Assembly: GCA_963768055.1 (NCBI GenBank)
Contig: CAVYGN010000002.1
Location: 1,312,001 to 1,376,000, forward strand
Length of the DNA stretch: 64,000 bases
Direction of reading: 5' to 3'
DNA from: an uncultured Spirochaetota bacterium
Lineage (GTDB): Bacteria; Spirochaetota; Brevinematia; Brevinematales; JAOACQ01
Shown one piece after another: positions 48,757-59,950 of this stretch (position 1 is the stretch's first letter; each line of letters opens with the position of its first letter). The translations under genes were made by a program, and so were the position numbers. A model generated the notes under the pieces. It searched no databases. It was given only the letters and a program-made list of their open reading frames with translations, and was not told the origin of the DNA.

Positions 48757-49034
48757 TTTTTTCAGCCATGATCCGTGCATTTGGGAAATATGATCGGAGG
48801 GGAGATGTAAATGCTGCGTAATTCATTATATATTAATCAGTTATGGAAAAATTTCTTTTGTTCTCGCTAGGACATCGAAATTACATCTGCATTTATCTGA
48901 GTACCCTACGGGCATAAATAATCTGCGGATCCTTTTCATCCATCCCTCCTCGGCATCCTCACCCTTCGGGCCTTTTGCGTACTCAATCCTTTGCTGGCGG
49001 CTCCGCGGTAATCCTCGATACCCCCGAAAGCGGA

Positions 49035-50012
49035 TCAGTCTAAAATCTGTCTTCTTGAAGCGGTACTATCCGATTCGTTCAGGTCGAATCCGATGCGGTT
49101 AAACGGGAAATACCTGAAAACAGGCCTGCCGATTATATTGTCTTCCGGTATGAACCCGAAATACCTGCTGTCGAGGCTGTCGTCCCTGTTGTCGCCCATG
49201 CCGAAATAATAATTCTGTGAGACCTTCCATTCGGAAATCTCCCTGCCGTCCTTATAAAATTTTCCGTTATCGATAACAATATTTGTATCCCCGGATTCTC
49301 TCTGTACCAATAGAAGCAGCAACTCCTGGTAATATGGATTTTGCTTTAAATTTATAATATCTCCTTTTTTAGGAACATAAATCTCGGGAAATTGATTTAC
49401 CAGTGTATTTATAGATAATAATTTTCCGGAAATATGCTGGACCACTCTCTTTATTCCATTGCATGACTCGTTATAAAGATCATAATCTCTAAAATAGTTT
49501 ATTTTATTTCCATTTTCATTATACTGTATTTCCTGAATGGATTTGATGTAATTCTGCCGGAGAATTTCCCCGTTAATTGTAAGGATCATGTTCGTCATGG
49601 AGATATGATCACCCGGCAATCCAACCAGGCGCTTTACAAGGTTTTTAGGGTTTTCAATGTTATTATCGAGAGTAATCGTCGACAGGGTAACAAGGGATAG
49701 AATTTCCTGAAACTTGCCCTGATTCTTCCATTGAGGGCTCTGAAAGGCGAAAATATCGTTTCTATTCGGTTTAAAAATTCCGGGTATCTTTATATCAATT
49801 AAAGGAATCCTCGGTCCCAGTGTTATTTTCTCGACCATCATTATATCCCTTATGAGAAGGCTCGGGATCATGGAACCTGTAGGAATCTGGTATGCTTCAA
49901 GTAAAAACAACCGGATTACAAAGGCTATGGCATAAGCCGATAAAATTACATAAATATTTTCGATAATCTTCTCTTTAAGGGTCAGAGTTTTCTTATCTTT
50001 TTTCCGTTTCAA
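49035..50012 (-). CDS. lepB: signal peptidase I
   Basis: IPTGSMIPSL, NLVKRLVGLPGD, GMGDNRDDSLDSRYFG. Confidence 0.93.
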   Translation of the reverse strand: MKRKKDKKTLTLKEKIIENIYVILSAYAIAFVIRLFLLEAYQIPTGSMIPSLLIRDIMMVEKITLGPRIPLIDIKIPGIFKPNRNDIFAFQSPQWKNQGKFQEILSLVTLSTITLDNNIENPKNLVKRLVGLPGDHISMTNMILTINGEILRQNYIKSIQEIQYNENGNKINYFRDYDLYNESCNGIKRVVQHISGKLLSINTLVNQFPEIYVPKKGDIINLKQNPYYQELLLLLVQRESGDTNIVIDNGKFYKDGREISEWKVSQNYYFGMGDNRDDSLDSRYFGFIPEDNIIGRPVFRYFPFNRIGFDLNESDSTASRRQILD

Positions 50013-50056
50013 TTGCCTCTCCTTTAAATTTTATACTTTATTACATAGCCGGGCTT

Positions 50057-52015
50057 TTAGCGGTCGCTGCCTTTTAGATAAATCTGCAGTGTTTGAAGAG
50101 CGGCCGGGGTTACACCGGATATGCGTGAAGCCTGCCCGAGACTTGCGGGTTTGACGAGGGTAAGCTTTTCTATTTGTTCATTTTTCAGGCTCAGAACGCT
50201 TTTATAATCAAAATCCTCGGGTATTTTTATTTTTTCCATATCTTCGAAACGCAAGACCATCTGCCTTTCCTCACGCATATACCCTTCGTATTTTATTTCT
50301 ATTTCGACCTGTTCAATTTCATCAGGAGATAAAACGTGCGGGGGGGTGTAAAAGGGGGCAAGTTTCTCATAAGTTACATCGGGGCGGCGGAGAAGTTCAG
50401 CAAGAGTAACCGATTTAGCTATCTGGAAACTTCCTGTTTTTTTAAGGATTTTCATGGTTTTACCGGAAGGGTTTATCCTTATGCCGCTGAGCCTGTCGAT
50501 CTCCTCATCGATTTTTTTATATTTTCTTTCTACCCGGCTGTAAAGATCTCCTGGGAGTAAACCAAGCTCATAACCCTTTTTCGATAACCTTCTGTCTGCA
50601 TTGTCCTCTCTCAAGATCAGCCTGTATTCCGCCCTTGAAGTGAACATCCTGTAAGGTTCTGTCGTCCCTTTGGCGGTAAGGTCGTCGATCAAAACTCCGA
50701 TATATCCGTCGGACCTTCTCAGGACAAAATCCTCCTTTTCCGCGGCACTGTTCGCCGCATTTATGCCCGCGATTAGCCCCTGTGCCCCTGCCTCCTCGTA
50801 TCCGGTAGTTCCATTGATCTGTCCGGCAAAATATAAATTTTTTACAAGTTTCGTCTCCAGTGTCGGCTTGAGTTCGGTAGGGTCGACATAATCATGCTCC
50901 ACGGCGTATGCAGGGCGCATCATCAAAGCCTTTTCAAGGCCCGGTACGCTGTGGATTATATCCGCCTGGATATCTAGCGGGAAGCCGTTAGAAAGGCCGT
51001 TAGGATAATATTCAACTGTATCCCTGCCTTCGGGTTCTATGAACACATGGTGGCTTTTTCTATCGGGAAATTTCATCACTTTGTCCTCGACAGAGGGGCA
51101 GTAACGTACGCCGGTAGCCTTGATCCTGCCTGAATACATTGGTGCCTGATTGATATTAGCCCGGATAATGGCATGAGTTTGTTCGGTTGTATGCGTCAGG
51201 AAGCAGGGGAGCTGGGTCTGCTGAAAAAATTTATCCGACTTTTCAGTCCAGAATGAAAACGGCTTTATGGGAATATCGCCCGGCTGTTCTTCCATCCTGG
51301 CGAAATCGATAGTCCTACCGTCAAGCCGTGCAGGCGTTCCGGTCTTGAAGCGCCCGGTCCTGAAGCCGTATTCCTTCAATTTTATCGAGATCGGGATGGC
51401 GGGGCCTTCTCCAAGCCGTCCTGCTGGAAAACATCGGGAGCCGATATGAATGATCCCGTTCAAAAAGGTTCCGGGTGTTATGACAACGGTTTTCGAAAAA
51501 TAGCTTATACCCAGGGCGGTTATGACTCCCGACGCCAGGCCGCCGGATATTATAATATCGTCGACATTGTCCTGCCTGACTTCCAGGTTTTTCTGGTTCA
51601 GGACAGTTTTCTGCATATATGACCTGTAAAGGGGTTTATCGCACTGGACCCTTGTAGATCTGACAGCGGGGCCCTTCCTCATATTGAGGGTCCTGAATTG
51701 AACCATGGTGGCGTCCGCAGCTCGGCCCATTTCTCCCCCTAGCGCGTCTATCTCCTTAACAAGCTGGCCCTTGCCTATTCCGCCGATAGATGGGTTGCAG
51801 GGCATCTGGCCTATCAAGTCGATGTTCGGGGTAACAAGGAGCGTCCTGGCCCCCATTCTTGCGGCTGCAAGAGAGGCCTCGATCCCGGCATGGCCTCCTC
51901 CCGCGACTATCACGTCGAATTTTACCGGGTAATGAGCATTATGCGAATTATGAGCATTATGCGAATTATGAGCATTATGCGAATTATGAGCATTATGCGA
52001 ATTATCCAAATGCAT
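50057..52015 (-). CDS. mnmG: tRNA uridine-5-carboxymethylaminomethyl modification enzyme MnmG/GidA
   Basis: [61 protein letters not shown]. In-frame TTG at 52009 is better spaced from GGAGG. Confidence 0.97.
   Translation of the reverse strand: MHLDNSHNAHNSHNAHNSHNAHNSHNAHYPVKFDVIVAGGGHAGIEASLAAARMGARTLLVTPNIDLIGQMPCNPSIGGIGKGQLVKEIDALGGEMGRAADATMVQFRTLNMRKGPAVRSTRVQCDKPLYRSYMQKTVLNQKNLEVRQDNVDDIIISGGLASGVITALGISYFSKTVVITPGTFLNGIIHIGSRCFPAGRLGEGPAIPISIKLKEYGFRTGRFKTGTPARLDGRTIDFARMEEQPGDIPIKPFSFWTEKSDKFFQQTQLPCFLTHTTEQTHAIIRANINQAPMYSGRIKATGVRYCPSVEDKVMKFPDRKSHHVFIEPEGRDTVEYYPNGLSNGFPLDIQADIIHSVPGLEKALMMRPAYAVEHDYVDPTELKPTLETKLVKNLYFAGQINGTTGYEEAGAQGLIAGINAANSAAEKEDFVLRRSDGYIGVLIDDLTAKGTTEPYRMFTSRAEYRLILREDNADRRLSKKGYELGLLPGDLYSRVERKYKKIDEEIDRLSGIRINPSGKTMKILKKTGSFQIAKSVTLAELLRRPDVTYEKLAPFYTPPHVLSPDEIEQVEIEIKYEGYMREERQMVLRFEDMEKIKIPEDFDYKSVLSLKNEQIEKLTLVKPASLGQASRISGVTPAALQTLQIYLKGSDR
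51932..52003. repeat. perfect 18-bp tandem repeat x4 (ATGAGCATTATGCGAATT)
   Basis: Directly visible. Encodes (NSHNAH)4 at the MnmG N-terminus. Confidence 0.97.
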
Positions 52016-52142
52016 CCTCCATTATAGCAATACATGGGTTTTCCCTAATATTGAATTATAGCAGAGATTGGGACTTACCGCAAAAGGAGCCGAGTTTTGC
52101 CATAAAATGAAATAAAACTTAAAATGTATCATGCATTGAAAA

Positions 52143-52784
52143 TTGGGGGGTGATATGTCTGTGATGGATAAGATAGCTTCGTCCCTGGGCCGCAATGATG
52201 AAATCCCTAATCAGGAATTGGCAAAAGAGATCTGCCGGACAAAAGACAGGGAAGGTGTCAAGGAATTGGTGCAGGGTCTTTTCAACGGGAGCTCCGCGGT
52301 CAAAAGCGACTGCATTAAAGTCCTTTATGAAATAGGTGGAATTCAGCCTGACCTGATATCATCCTATGCCGATGATTTTATTAAGTTGTTGAAAAGCAGG
52401 AATAACAGGCTTGTCTGGGGAGCAATGATGGCATTGTCTGCAGTTGCTGATAAAAATCCCGGCAGTATTTTTAAAAATCTTGATTTGATATTCTTTGCAA
52501 TAAAAAACGGTTCTGTGATAACCATGGATAACGGGATTTCTGTGCTGGCAAAGTCAGGTTCGGCTAACAAAGAATATGAAAGGAAAATCCTGCCTTTTTT
52601 GCTGAAACATCTTGAAACCTGCCGTCCGAAAGAAGTCCCTCAGCATTCGGAACGAAGTATTGTCATTGCAAATCCGGAGAATAAAATGGGATTTCAACGG
52701 GTCCTTGAGAAACGCCTTGATAAACTTACCGATTCCCAGCAGGCAAGGGTAAAAAAGGTGTTGAAAAAATTGAGCAGCCTGTAA
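52143..52784 (+). CDS. hypothetical HEAT/ARM-like protein (likely start 52155)
   Basis: Helical protein with SSLGRNDEIPNQELA, SDCIKVLYEIG, NNRLVWGAM and CRPKEVPQH motifs. Confidence 0.75.
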   Translation: MGGDMSVMDKIASSLGRNDEIPNQELAKEICRTKDREGVKELVQGLFNGSSAVKSDCIKVLYEIGGIQPDLISSYADDFIKLLKSRNNRLVWGAMMALSAVADKNPGSIFKNLDLIFFAIKNGSVITMDNGISVLAKSGSANKEYERKILPFLLKHLETCRPKEVPQHSERSIVIANPENKMGFQRVLEKRLDKLTDSQQARVKKVLKKLSSL

Positions 52785-52817
52785 AACTTTCTTCAAGTCT
52801 TATTCGGGAGAATTTTT

Positions 52818-54701
52818 ATGAAACATGCGGAAGAGCGGAGTATTTTACGTAATACTATAATAATTAACCTGGTAATACCGTTTCTGATGTTTATGCATAA
52901 CCAGATAATAACAAATGTTTTTAATCCGTATGTAAATGTTGGCGCCGCTGAAAGGCTTTTTGATGCTGTATTTAAAAATATATATATATTTATTTTTCTG
53001 GGCCTGGGAATACCGGCCGCCCTGTTCATTGGATATTTCATAATGCCGGTCAGGAAGGCCTTATCAAACAGCGAGCTGATATCTAAAGCCCAGCAGAGGA
53101 TAATCCGCCTGCCATGGATAATTTTTTTGATTTATATAACCGGTTTTTTATCAGGTCCGATCGTCGCCTATTTATTGCCTAGCGATTTAAAATTAAATGA
53201 ATTCGAATATGTTTTCCCCGTTTCTTTTTTCGGCGGGTTTTACGCCCTTTCCTTTTCCCTTATCCTGATGGATACAATACTGTTCCCGGTTAAAAAATTA
53301 TGGGGAATGCATATTCTTTCGGAAAAGCAGAAAGAACTTTCCCTGACCGTTAAATATGTGATCGCAGTCATTGCAATCGGAGGGCTGATTTACGCCGTAT
53401 CGCAGAGCATAGGTTATTTTTATTATGTGAAAGGCGCTGCGGCGGATACCGGTAATTTGTTCTTGATAATGCTGGTCAATATAGGCCTTCTTCTTATGTT
53501 AGGGATCTTGCAGGTCTATCTTATTACCGGCAATTTAATATCGATGATAAAGTATATGAGGAACTCGCTTGATGATATAATTAAAGGAAAAGGCGATTTA
53601 ACCAGTAAAATCAGCATAATAAGTTTCGATGAAATAGGAATGCTTACCTCTGATTTTAACAGGCTCTTCGGATTCCTTGATAATATGATAGGTAAAATCA
53701 AGCAGATATCGATTAATATCAATAAATCCCGGGATATTTTAATCGATTCGATCGGGAATAACAGGCAATTATTCGAAAGCTTCATCGACTCGACAAACAA
53801 AATAATAAACGAAATAAACATGGAATTTACGCAATCGAATATTTTGAATGAAGCCGCTCAAAAAACCCTGGACAGTTCGAATCTTATTAAAAACTCGGTT
53901 GAAAAGCAAATGAATTCCGTTGATTATTCGGTTTCATCGGCCCAGCAGATCGTCCAGAGCATCAGGAACGTAAATTCCATCACACAGTCCCTGAAGAACA
54001 GTATTAAAGGCCTCCTTGATAATATTAACCAGGGCAAAAAAAGCCTGAAGGACTCCATCGAGTCGATCCATCTGATCAATGATTCTTCAAAGTCCCTCCT
54101 TCAGTTCAACCGGTCCATCTCAGACGTTTCGGAAAGGATAAAGATCCTCTCCATCAACGCTTCAATTGAAGCGGTAAACGCCGGAAGAGCGGGGCTGGGC
54201 TTCGGCGTGGTAGCCAGGGAGGTGAAGAAGCTTTCGGATTCAAGCGCCGATAACGTTAAAAATATTGAGAAGATGATAGCCGGCATGAACGCTAAAATAT
54301 CCGAGGGAACCGATCTCATCAATAAAACGGCTGAAATGCTCGAATCTATATTCGAAAGGATAGAATTTTTCATTCAATCGCTTGAAAATATTTCCGTTTC
54401 TATGGAAGAACAGGAGACCGGTACAAATACGATTATACATGCGACTGACGATGTTTTAACACAAAGCAAATCGCTATTCGAACTCTCTCATGCAGGCGAC
54501 GAACAAAGCCGGCAGATGAAGGGGATAGCGGATAATTTTGTCGATATGTCGAACAGGATTTTCAGCCTCGCGGAAACCCAGAAAGATAAAAATCAGATCC
54601 TTAACGAAGTGAATAGCAATTTCACGCAAATATCCGACACAATCAGGAAAATATTTGACGAGCTTAATACTATTATGAGCGAATTCGTCATAAGCAAATA
54701 A
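52818..54701 (+). CDS. methyl-accepting chemotaxis protein with multi-TM sensor
   Basis: About six N-terminal TMs, HAMP (GDLT..FDEIGML), ILSINASIEAVNAGRAGLGFGVVAREVKKLS. Confidence 0.9.
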   Translation: MKHAEERSILRNTIIINLVIPFLMFMHNQIITNVFNPYVNVGAAERLFDAVFKNIYIFIFLGLGIPAALFIGYFIMPVRKALSNSELISKAQQRIIRLPWIIFLIYITGFLSGPIVAYLLPSDLKLNEFEYVFPVSFFGGFYALSFSLILMDTILFPVKKLWGMHILSEKQKELSLTVKYVIAVIAIGGLIYAVSQSIGYFYYVKGAAADTGNLFLIMLVNIGLLLMLGILQVYLITGNLISMIKYMRNSLDDIIKGKGDLTSKISIISFDEIGMLTSDFNRLFGFLDNMIGKIKQISININKSRDILIDSIGNNRQLFESFIDSTNKIINEINMEFTQSNILNEAAQKTLDSSNLIKNSVEKQMNSVDYSVSSAQQIVQSIRNVNSITQSLKNSIKGLLDNINQGKKSLKDSIESIHLINDSSKSLLQFNRSISDVSERIKILSINASIEAVNAGRAGLGFGVVAREVKKLSDSSADNVKNIEKMIAGMNAKISEGTDLINKTAEMLESIFERIEFFIQSLENISVSMEEQETGTNTIIHATDDVLTQSKSLFELSHAGDEQSRQMKGIADNFVDMSNRIFSLAETQKDKNQILNEVNSNFTQISDTIRKIFDELNTIMSEFVISK

Positions 54702-54817
54702 TCGTTTCCCGCTTTCCGGGAATTTCTATAAACCAGCGTAATGATCGCAGATTTAAACAAAGATAAAAAAAACGTCCTTTACGACAACACTTTTAATTAT
54801 TATTATTTTTAAAGGTA

Positions 54818-55222
54818 GTGAAAGAGAGTTCTAAAGGGGGAATTATGGATAAAGTTGTTCATTTTGAAATTCCGTTCGATAACAAGGCGAGGGCATCGAA
54901 ATTTTATTCGGAAATTTTTGGATGGAAACTAATGGATATTCCCGAAATGGAGTATGTAATGGCTTATGCCGCTAAGACCGATAAAGACCATATGGTGACG
55001 GAAAAGGGTGCAATAAACGGCGGATTGTTCAATAGGAACTCTTCCGCTAAAGCTCCAATTATTGTCATCGGCGTTAAATCGATCGATGAAACGATAAAAA
55101 AGGTGATATCACAGGGAGGAAAGGTGGTTACACCCAAGCAGTCCATACCGAACGGTTCGTACGCCCGCGTAGCGGATAGCGAAGGCAATGTCATCGGTTT
55201 GGCCGACTACTCAAACTCATAA
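54818..55222 (+). CDS. VOC/glyoxalase family protein (likely start 54845)
   Basis: VVHFEIP, FYSEIFGW, GAINGG, DSEGNVIGL. Confidence 0.9.
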   Translation: MKESSKGGIMDKVVHFEIPFDNKARASKFYSEIFGWKLMDIPEMEYVMAYAAKTDKDHMVTEKGAINGGLFNRNSSAKAPIIVIGVKSIDETIKKVISQGGKVVTPKQSIPNGSYARVADSEGNVIGLADYSNS

Positions 55223-55277
55223 TATCCTGATCGTTATCAATGTGATATTGTCATTTACCGGCTGCCGGGGGTAAGCA

Positions 55278-56921
55278 TTAGCAAATTCCGGCAGTTTCAT
55301 TCACCTTGCTGACCATAATGTTGTAAAATTCAGCTTCGCCGCCGTTATCTTCAACATGTTTTATCATTCTTTTCATAGAGGTCACAACATAGCTTTTCTG
55401 TTTTTGAAAATGAATAAACATTGCGGTTAGGTTTATGGCGGCTTCTATCGCCTTAGTATTCCTGAATAAAATGGTAAAGAACATTTTCCAGAAGAGGTAT
55501 CCGGTATGTTTATTAAACCCGACCTTTCTGCAAACTCTCAGAAATGAGAGCAGGTTCGCGAATATTTTGCCGATCCCGGGCTTGTATTTGTATTCTATCT
55601 TGAGATTGAGGCCGTTATAAATAATTCTTTTATAGTAGTTTGCCGGTTTATAAATGTGCTCAATTACCTTCACAAAATTATTTATAATTTCCGTACGGTG
55701 TTTTTTTGTTATAAAATTCAGGCCGCTTGTCGATTGATCAATATCGAATTCAGTAATTGTTTTCGCCGCATTCTGGAACAGTCTCCCTTCAGCCTCGAGC
55801 CGGCGTGTAAGCTGAGTATTAGGCAGTGCGTATAGCAACCCCAGCATAGCCATGCATATTCCGGAATTTTGTATTGAAGTTATCATATTTTCCGCTATTC
55901 TCGGGCTTTCGGTGTCAAAACCGATTATATAACCGCCGTTTACAACTATTCCGTATGACATTATTTTCAGCACCGCATTGTTAATAGATTTATTTACATT
56001 CTGACTTTTCTTACTGACTGCCAGCGTCTCGTTTTCGGGAGTTTCGATACCAAGAAATACGTACCTGAAGTCTACATCTTTCATAAGTTGAAGCAGCTCG
56101 GAGTCATCAGCGAGATCAATGGATGCTTCGGTAGAAAAGTAGAAAGGATATTTATGTTCAATGGTCCATCTCTTGATTTCCTGAAGCAGTTCCTTGGCCT
56201 TTTTTTTATTTCCTATAAAATTATCGTCAACAAAGTCTATATGCCCCCTGTATCCGAGGTCGTACAGGCTTTGCAGCTCTTTAATAACCTGTTCTGTGGT
56301 TTTAAACCTCGGTATGCGCCCGAATAGTTCTATGATATTACAAAATTCGCAGCTGTAGGGGCACCCGCGAACGAACTGCAAACCGATCATTATATAATCG
56401 CGAAAACGGATGAGGTCGTATCTGGGCACGACGGCTTCCGACATCTCCGCTCTTTCCTCGGAAGTAAAAATTCCTCTCTCGGCCCCATTCTGTAGAGCAT
56501 GGAGAAACATTGGAATAGTTACTTCGCCTTCTCCAAGAACTAAAAAATCGGCATCTTTATAGGTATCCGGCTGAGATGTAGGATCCGGACCGCCGACAAT
56601 GACAGTGCAATTTAAATCGTGAGCCCTCTTTATAAACTCGAGCATGCTCTTTTGCTGGGGCAGCATGCCCCCCGTGCAGACGATATCAGCCCATTTCAGA
56701 TGTTCATCAGTTAAAGGCTCGACGTTTTCGTCTACCAATTTAAAATTCCAATGCTGGGGTAAAAGCGCAGCCAGGGTCAGCAGGCCGAGCGGCGCCGCAG
56801 GATACTTGGCTCCTACGATTTTACATACATCCTGGTAATTCCAGAAACTATAGGCTGAAAATTTTGTTTGAACGATCAAACAATTATTAATTCTTCTATA
56901 AAGATCCTTCATAAATAGCAA
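55278..56921 (-). CDS. B12-binding radical SAM protein (DUF4070-type)
   Basis: APLGLLTLAAL, VGGPDPT, RGCPYSCEFC, FVDDNFIGN, VFLGIETP. Confidence 0.9.
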   Translation of the reverse strand: MLFMKDLYRRINNCLIVQTKFSAYSFWNYQDVCKIVGAKYPAAPLGLLTLAALLPQHWNFKLVDENVEPLTDEHLKWADIVCTGGMLPQQKSMLEFIKRAHDLNCTVIVGGPDPTSQPDTYKDADFLVLGEGEVTIPMFLHALQNGAERGIFTSEERAEMSEAVVPRYDLIRFRDYIMIGLQFVRGCPYSCEFCNIIELFGRIPRFKTTEQVIKELQSLYDLGYRGHIDFVDDNFIGNKKKAKELLQEIKRWTIEHKYPFYFSTEASIDLADDSELLQLMKDVDFRYVFLGIETPENETLAVSKKSQNVNKSINNAVLKIMSYGIVVNGGYIIGFDTESPRIAENMITSIQNSGICMAMLGLLYALPNTQLTRRLEAEGRLFQNAAKTITEFDIDQSTSGLNFITKKHRTEIINNFVKVIEHIYKPANYYKRIIYNGLNLKIEYKYKPGIGKIFANLLSFLRVCRKVGFNKHTGYLFWKMFFTILFRNTKAIEAAINLTAMFIHFQKQKSYVVTSMKRMIKHVEDNGGEAEFYNIMVSKVNETAGIC

Positions 56922-57205
56922 CTCTTTTATTTTATTTATTAAAGTACCGGCGGGTCAACTCTAATATATCTGCTTTCTTCCGAATAATTTTTCAGCAAAA
57001 AAGCTGAATTCTGCACTTTAGCTTTTCTGCTTCCTAATTTTAACTCGCAAAAGGTAAAAAAGCAATAGAAAATTTAAAAAATAAAAAATATTTTAAACTA
57101 TTTCACCACTCAAATGATATTGCAACAGGAATCTTTGGAATAATAAGTGAAATCATATTATAATTATGCTTATATTTTCAGTAAAATATATTACAGGGAA
57201 GTATT

Positions 57206-59116
57206 ATGGGTAAAAAACATAAAAATAACCGGTATCCCTTTAAACTTCATCGGAGGATCGGGTTTCGGCTTACTTTTTCTTTCATCCTCTTCGGCTTATA
57301 TATAGGTTTATTTGTTTATATTCTGACCATGGTATTGGACACAAGCGCCTTCGCCGCTTCTCTCGGTTCGTCCATCTATAGCCATATCAATAAATTTTAC
57401 AATAAACGGCCTGATAAAACCCTGCACAATATAAACAGTTCGGAGCCGAACAGGAATGGCGTGCACCTGGAAATTTACTTTTATTCCACTAACGAAGCAT
57501 GGGTAAAGGTGATCCTGTCTGCCGGCAAGGAACCGGCATTTACCAATATCAATCCCGTATTATACCCGCTTCTGGAACGGGTGCGCATATCCACTACGCC
57601 TGACAAGAACGGCCGTTCTCAATTGCCTTTTTATTTTAATTACAGCAAATCCGGGTCTTCCATGCCCTCGAATCATTCCGGCATTTTAGATCTTTTTATC
57701 CTTATTAAAAATCATGACCAGGATGTAAGCCCTGTAAAGGGAAGCCCTGTTAAGTACCTTTTTCTAAGGATCGCGATCGACAGCGGTTTTATTTTTTCAA
57801 GGCTCTCGGCCGACAGGGACCTTCTGATAGGTTATTCAGTCATTCTTATTCTCTTCTCTCTTGTTTTAGGGAAAACTTTTGCGCATAAGTTAACCAGGCC
57901 CCTTGAAACACTTACGGAGGCGGCCTATCAGGTCGCTAAGGGAGATTATAAGTTCAGAAATACTATTCATGGCAAGGATGAGTTCGGGTTTCTGGGGAAA
58001 ACGCTCAACTACATGGCGGAACAGGTAGACAGGCATATCGATGAGATCAGTTACAGGGAAAAAACCATGGAAGCGATGAATCTTATTGATAAAACGGTCG
58101 TATCGGAACTGCTCAATCCTAAAGTGGTTGATATGGTCGCTGAAGTCGTGGCTTCATTTATGCCGGGCGGAATGGTCCTGCTGGTGATACCTGATTACAG
58201 TGCCAGGGTATTCAAATTGTCAGTTTATCAATCTTCCGGGTTTTTTAGTACGCGGGTTAAGAAAGATCCCCTGCCCTTCGAATCGCTCGATATGCAGGAG
58301 ATAGTTAATAAAAGGGAAATGGAGGAGATAATACTGGACCGTGAAGGCTGCAAATTGCCGGAATGGCTTTCCCTTTTCATTGAAATGCCCAAAGGGACCC
58401 TTTTCCATGCCCCGCTATTCAGCGCAGGGATTTATCAGGGTTCCTGCATAATTATTGAAGAAAAGCGGCTTGGTTTTAATGAAAATGAAAAGCAGTCCAT
58501 CGGAATGCTGGCCGACCAGGTTGGTGTTGCCCTCCAGAATGCGAGGATCTATAGGGAAAAGGAAGAGCTGCTGCTGAACCTCCTCCTTGCCCTTACCCGC
58601 GCGATAGATGCGAAATCGAAATGGACAGGAGGGCATAGCGAACGCGTAGCAGACTACTCGGTGAAATTAGCAAAAGCGCTGGCTATGCCGGAAAAGGAAT
58701 TGGAAACGATCAAGATTTCAGGACTGCTGCATGACATCGGTAAAATAGCGACCCCTGAAACCATATTGGACAAGCCCGGAAAACTTACCGTGGAAGAATA
58801 CTCAATAATCAAAAAACACCCTGAGGAGGGCGCCCGTATTATCGGCACTATCGCTAGTTATGAGACAATAGTTCCCGGTATTCTTTACCACCATGAGCAT
58901 TGGGACGGATCCGGCTACCCGAATGGCCTTAAAGCGGATGAAATACCGCCCATCGCGCGTATAATGGCTATTGCCGATGTCTATGACGCCATCATCGCCG
59001 ACAGGCCTTACCGTGAGGGTATGGGGCGGGAGAAAGCCCTGGTTTTCATGCAGGAGAACAGCGGTGTGCTTTTCGACCCTGAAATGGCGGATGTTTTCAT
59101 AAAGAAGGTGCTGTGA
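57206..59116 (+). CDS. membrane HAMP-GAF-HD-GYP phosphodiesterase
   Basis: Two TMs, HAMP, GAF-like end (LADQVGVALQNA), GHSERV, LLHDIGK, HHEHWDGSGYP, IADVYDA. Confidence 0.92.
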   Translation: MGKKHKNNRYPFKLHRRIGFRLTFSFILFGLYIGLFVYILTMVLDTSAFAASLGSSIYSHINKFYNKRPDKTLHNINSSEPNRNGVHLEIYFYSTNEAWVKVILSAGKEPAFTNINPVLYPLLERVRISTTPDKNGRSQLPFYFNYSKSGSSMPSNHSGILDLFILIKNHDQDVSPVKGSPVKYLFLRIAIDSGFIFSRLSADRDLLIGYSVILILFSLVLGKTFAHKLTRPLETLTEAAYQVAKGDYKFRNTIHGKDEFGFLGKTLNYMAEQVDRHIDEISYREKTMEAMNLIDKTVVSELLNPKVVDMVAEVVASFMPGGMVLLVIPDYSARVFKLSVYQSSGFFSTRVKKDPLPFESLDMQEIVNKREMEEIILDREGCKLPEWLSLFIEMPKGTLFHAPLFSAGIYQGSCIIIEEKRLGFNENEKQSIGMLADQVGVALQNARIYREKEELLLNLLLALTRAIDAKSKWTGGHSERVADYSVKLAKALAMPEKELETIKISGLLHDIGKIATPETILDKPGKLTVEEYSIIKKHPEEGARIIGTIASYETIVPGILYHHEHWDGSGYPNGLKADEIPPIARIMAIADVYDAIIADRPYREGMGREKALVFMQENSGVLFDPEMADVFIKKVL

Positions 59117-59314
59117 GTTTTTTTCACAGGGAGACGCGGAGGAGGGACGGGGATTGGAACCACAGATTCCACAGATGGACACAGACGTGCTCTGTAACGG
59201 AATAATTGCGGATGTATCCCTAAGTAACTCAATATAATGCGAAGTAAATTAGTCTAGAAATCATGGTGAGAATAATGTTTATTAATTCTCAAAGGCAACA
59301 TACGGAGGAATATA

Positions 59315-59950
59315 ATGAAGGATTATATTGGTTTAATCACTCAAATATTATTGTTAATTTCTGCAGTAATAGGATTAATTGTTGGAGCATTTGAAATATT
59401 TAAAAAAAGGAAATTTAATATGGAAAAGCAAACTAATACAATAAAAAAAGACTCTTTTCTTAAAGAAACTTTTAAGCCTATGCTTGGTATGCTCGGTGTT
59501 ATTGGATTTATGTTAATTTTTCCATTATTTATTTTTATTTTTAGTCTTTTGATGAAAGCCACATCTTTTGTTTCTAATATTAATGAAAACAAGCATAATT
59601 TAATTTCTTCAATTAGCATTACAAATTTTACTACAAATGATATAAAATATCTAAACTTAATAAATATTGCAGACAAAATAAGTTCATCTTATGACAAAGA
59701 CAAAGCATTAGAGAATATTATTAACAAATTATTAGATTAAAAATCGTATAAATTGTCTTTTTATGCAGCATCAAAAGTTAATTCGGCTAATGAAAAAGAT
59801 ATATTAATAATTAGAATCATTAGCAATTCTTTGGTAGATAAAAACTATTATGATATAGCTGATGCTTTGAATAATGTTAATTCATCCTTTACAAAAGACA
59901 AATGGGCAGTAATATCCATTAATTCAATCATATCAAATTTAACAAATTGA
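59315..59950 (+). pseudogene. AT-rich two-TM protein with helical repeats, interrupted by an in-frame TAA at 59738-59740
   Basis: ORFs 59315-59740 and 59753-59950 are in the same frame. A ~35-aa repeat (ISSSYDKDKAL / VNSANEKDILI / VNSSFTKDKWA) spans the stop. Confidence 0.7.

Noticed and set aside
51932..52003. Possible CRISPR array
   Set aside because: Contiguous 18-bp units with no spacers and no cas genes. It is a coding VNTR.
59738..59740. Stop-codon recoding (Sec/Pyl or alternative code)
   Set aside because: The codon is TAA, which terminates many genes in this window.
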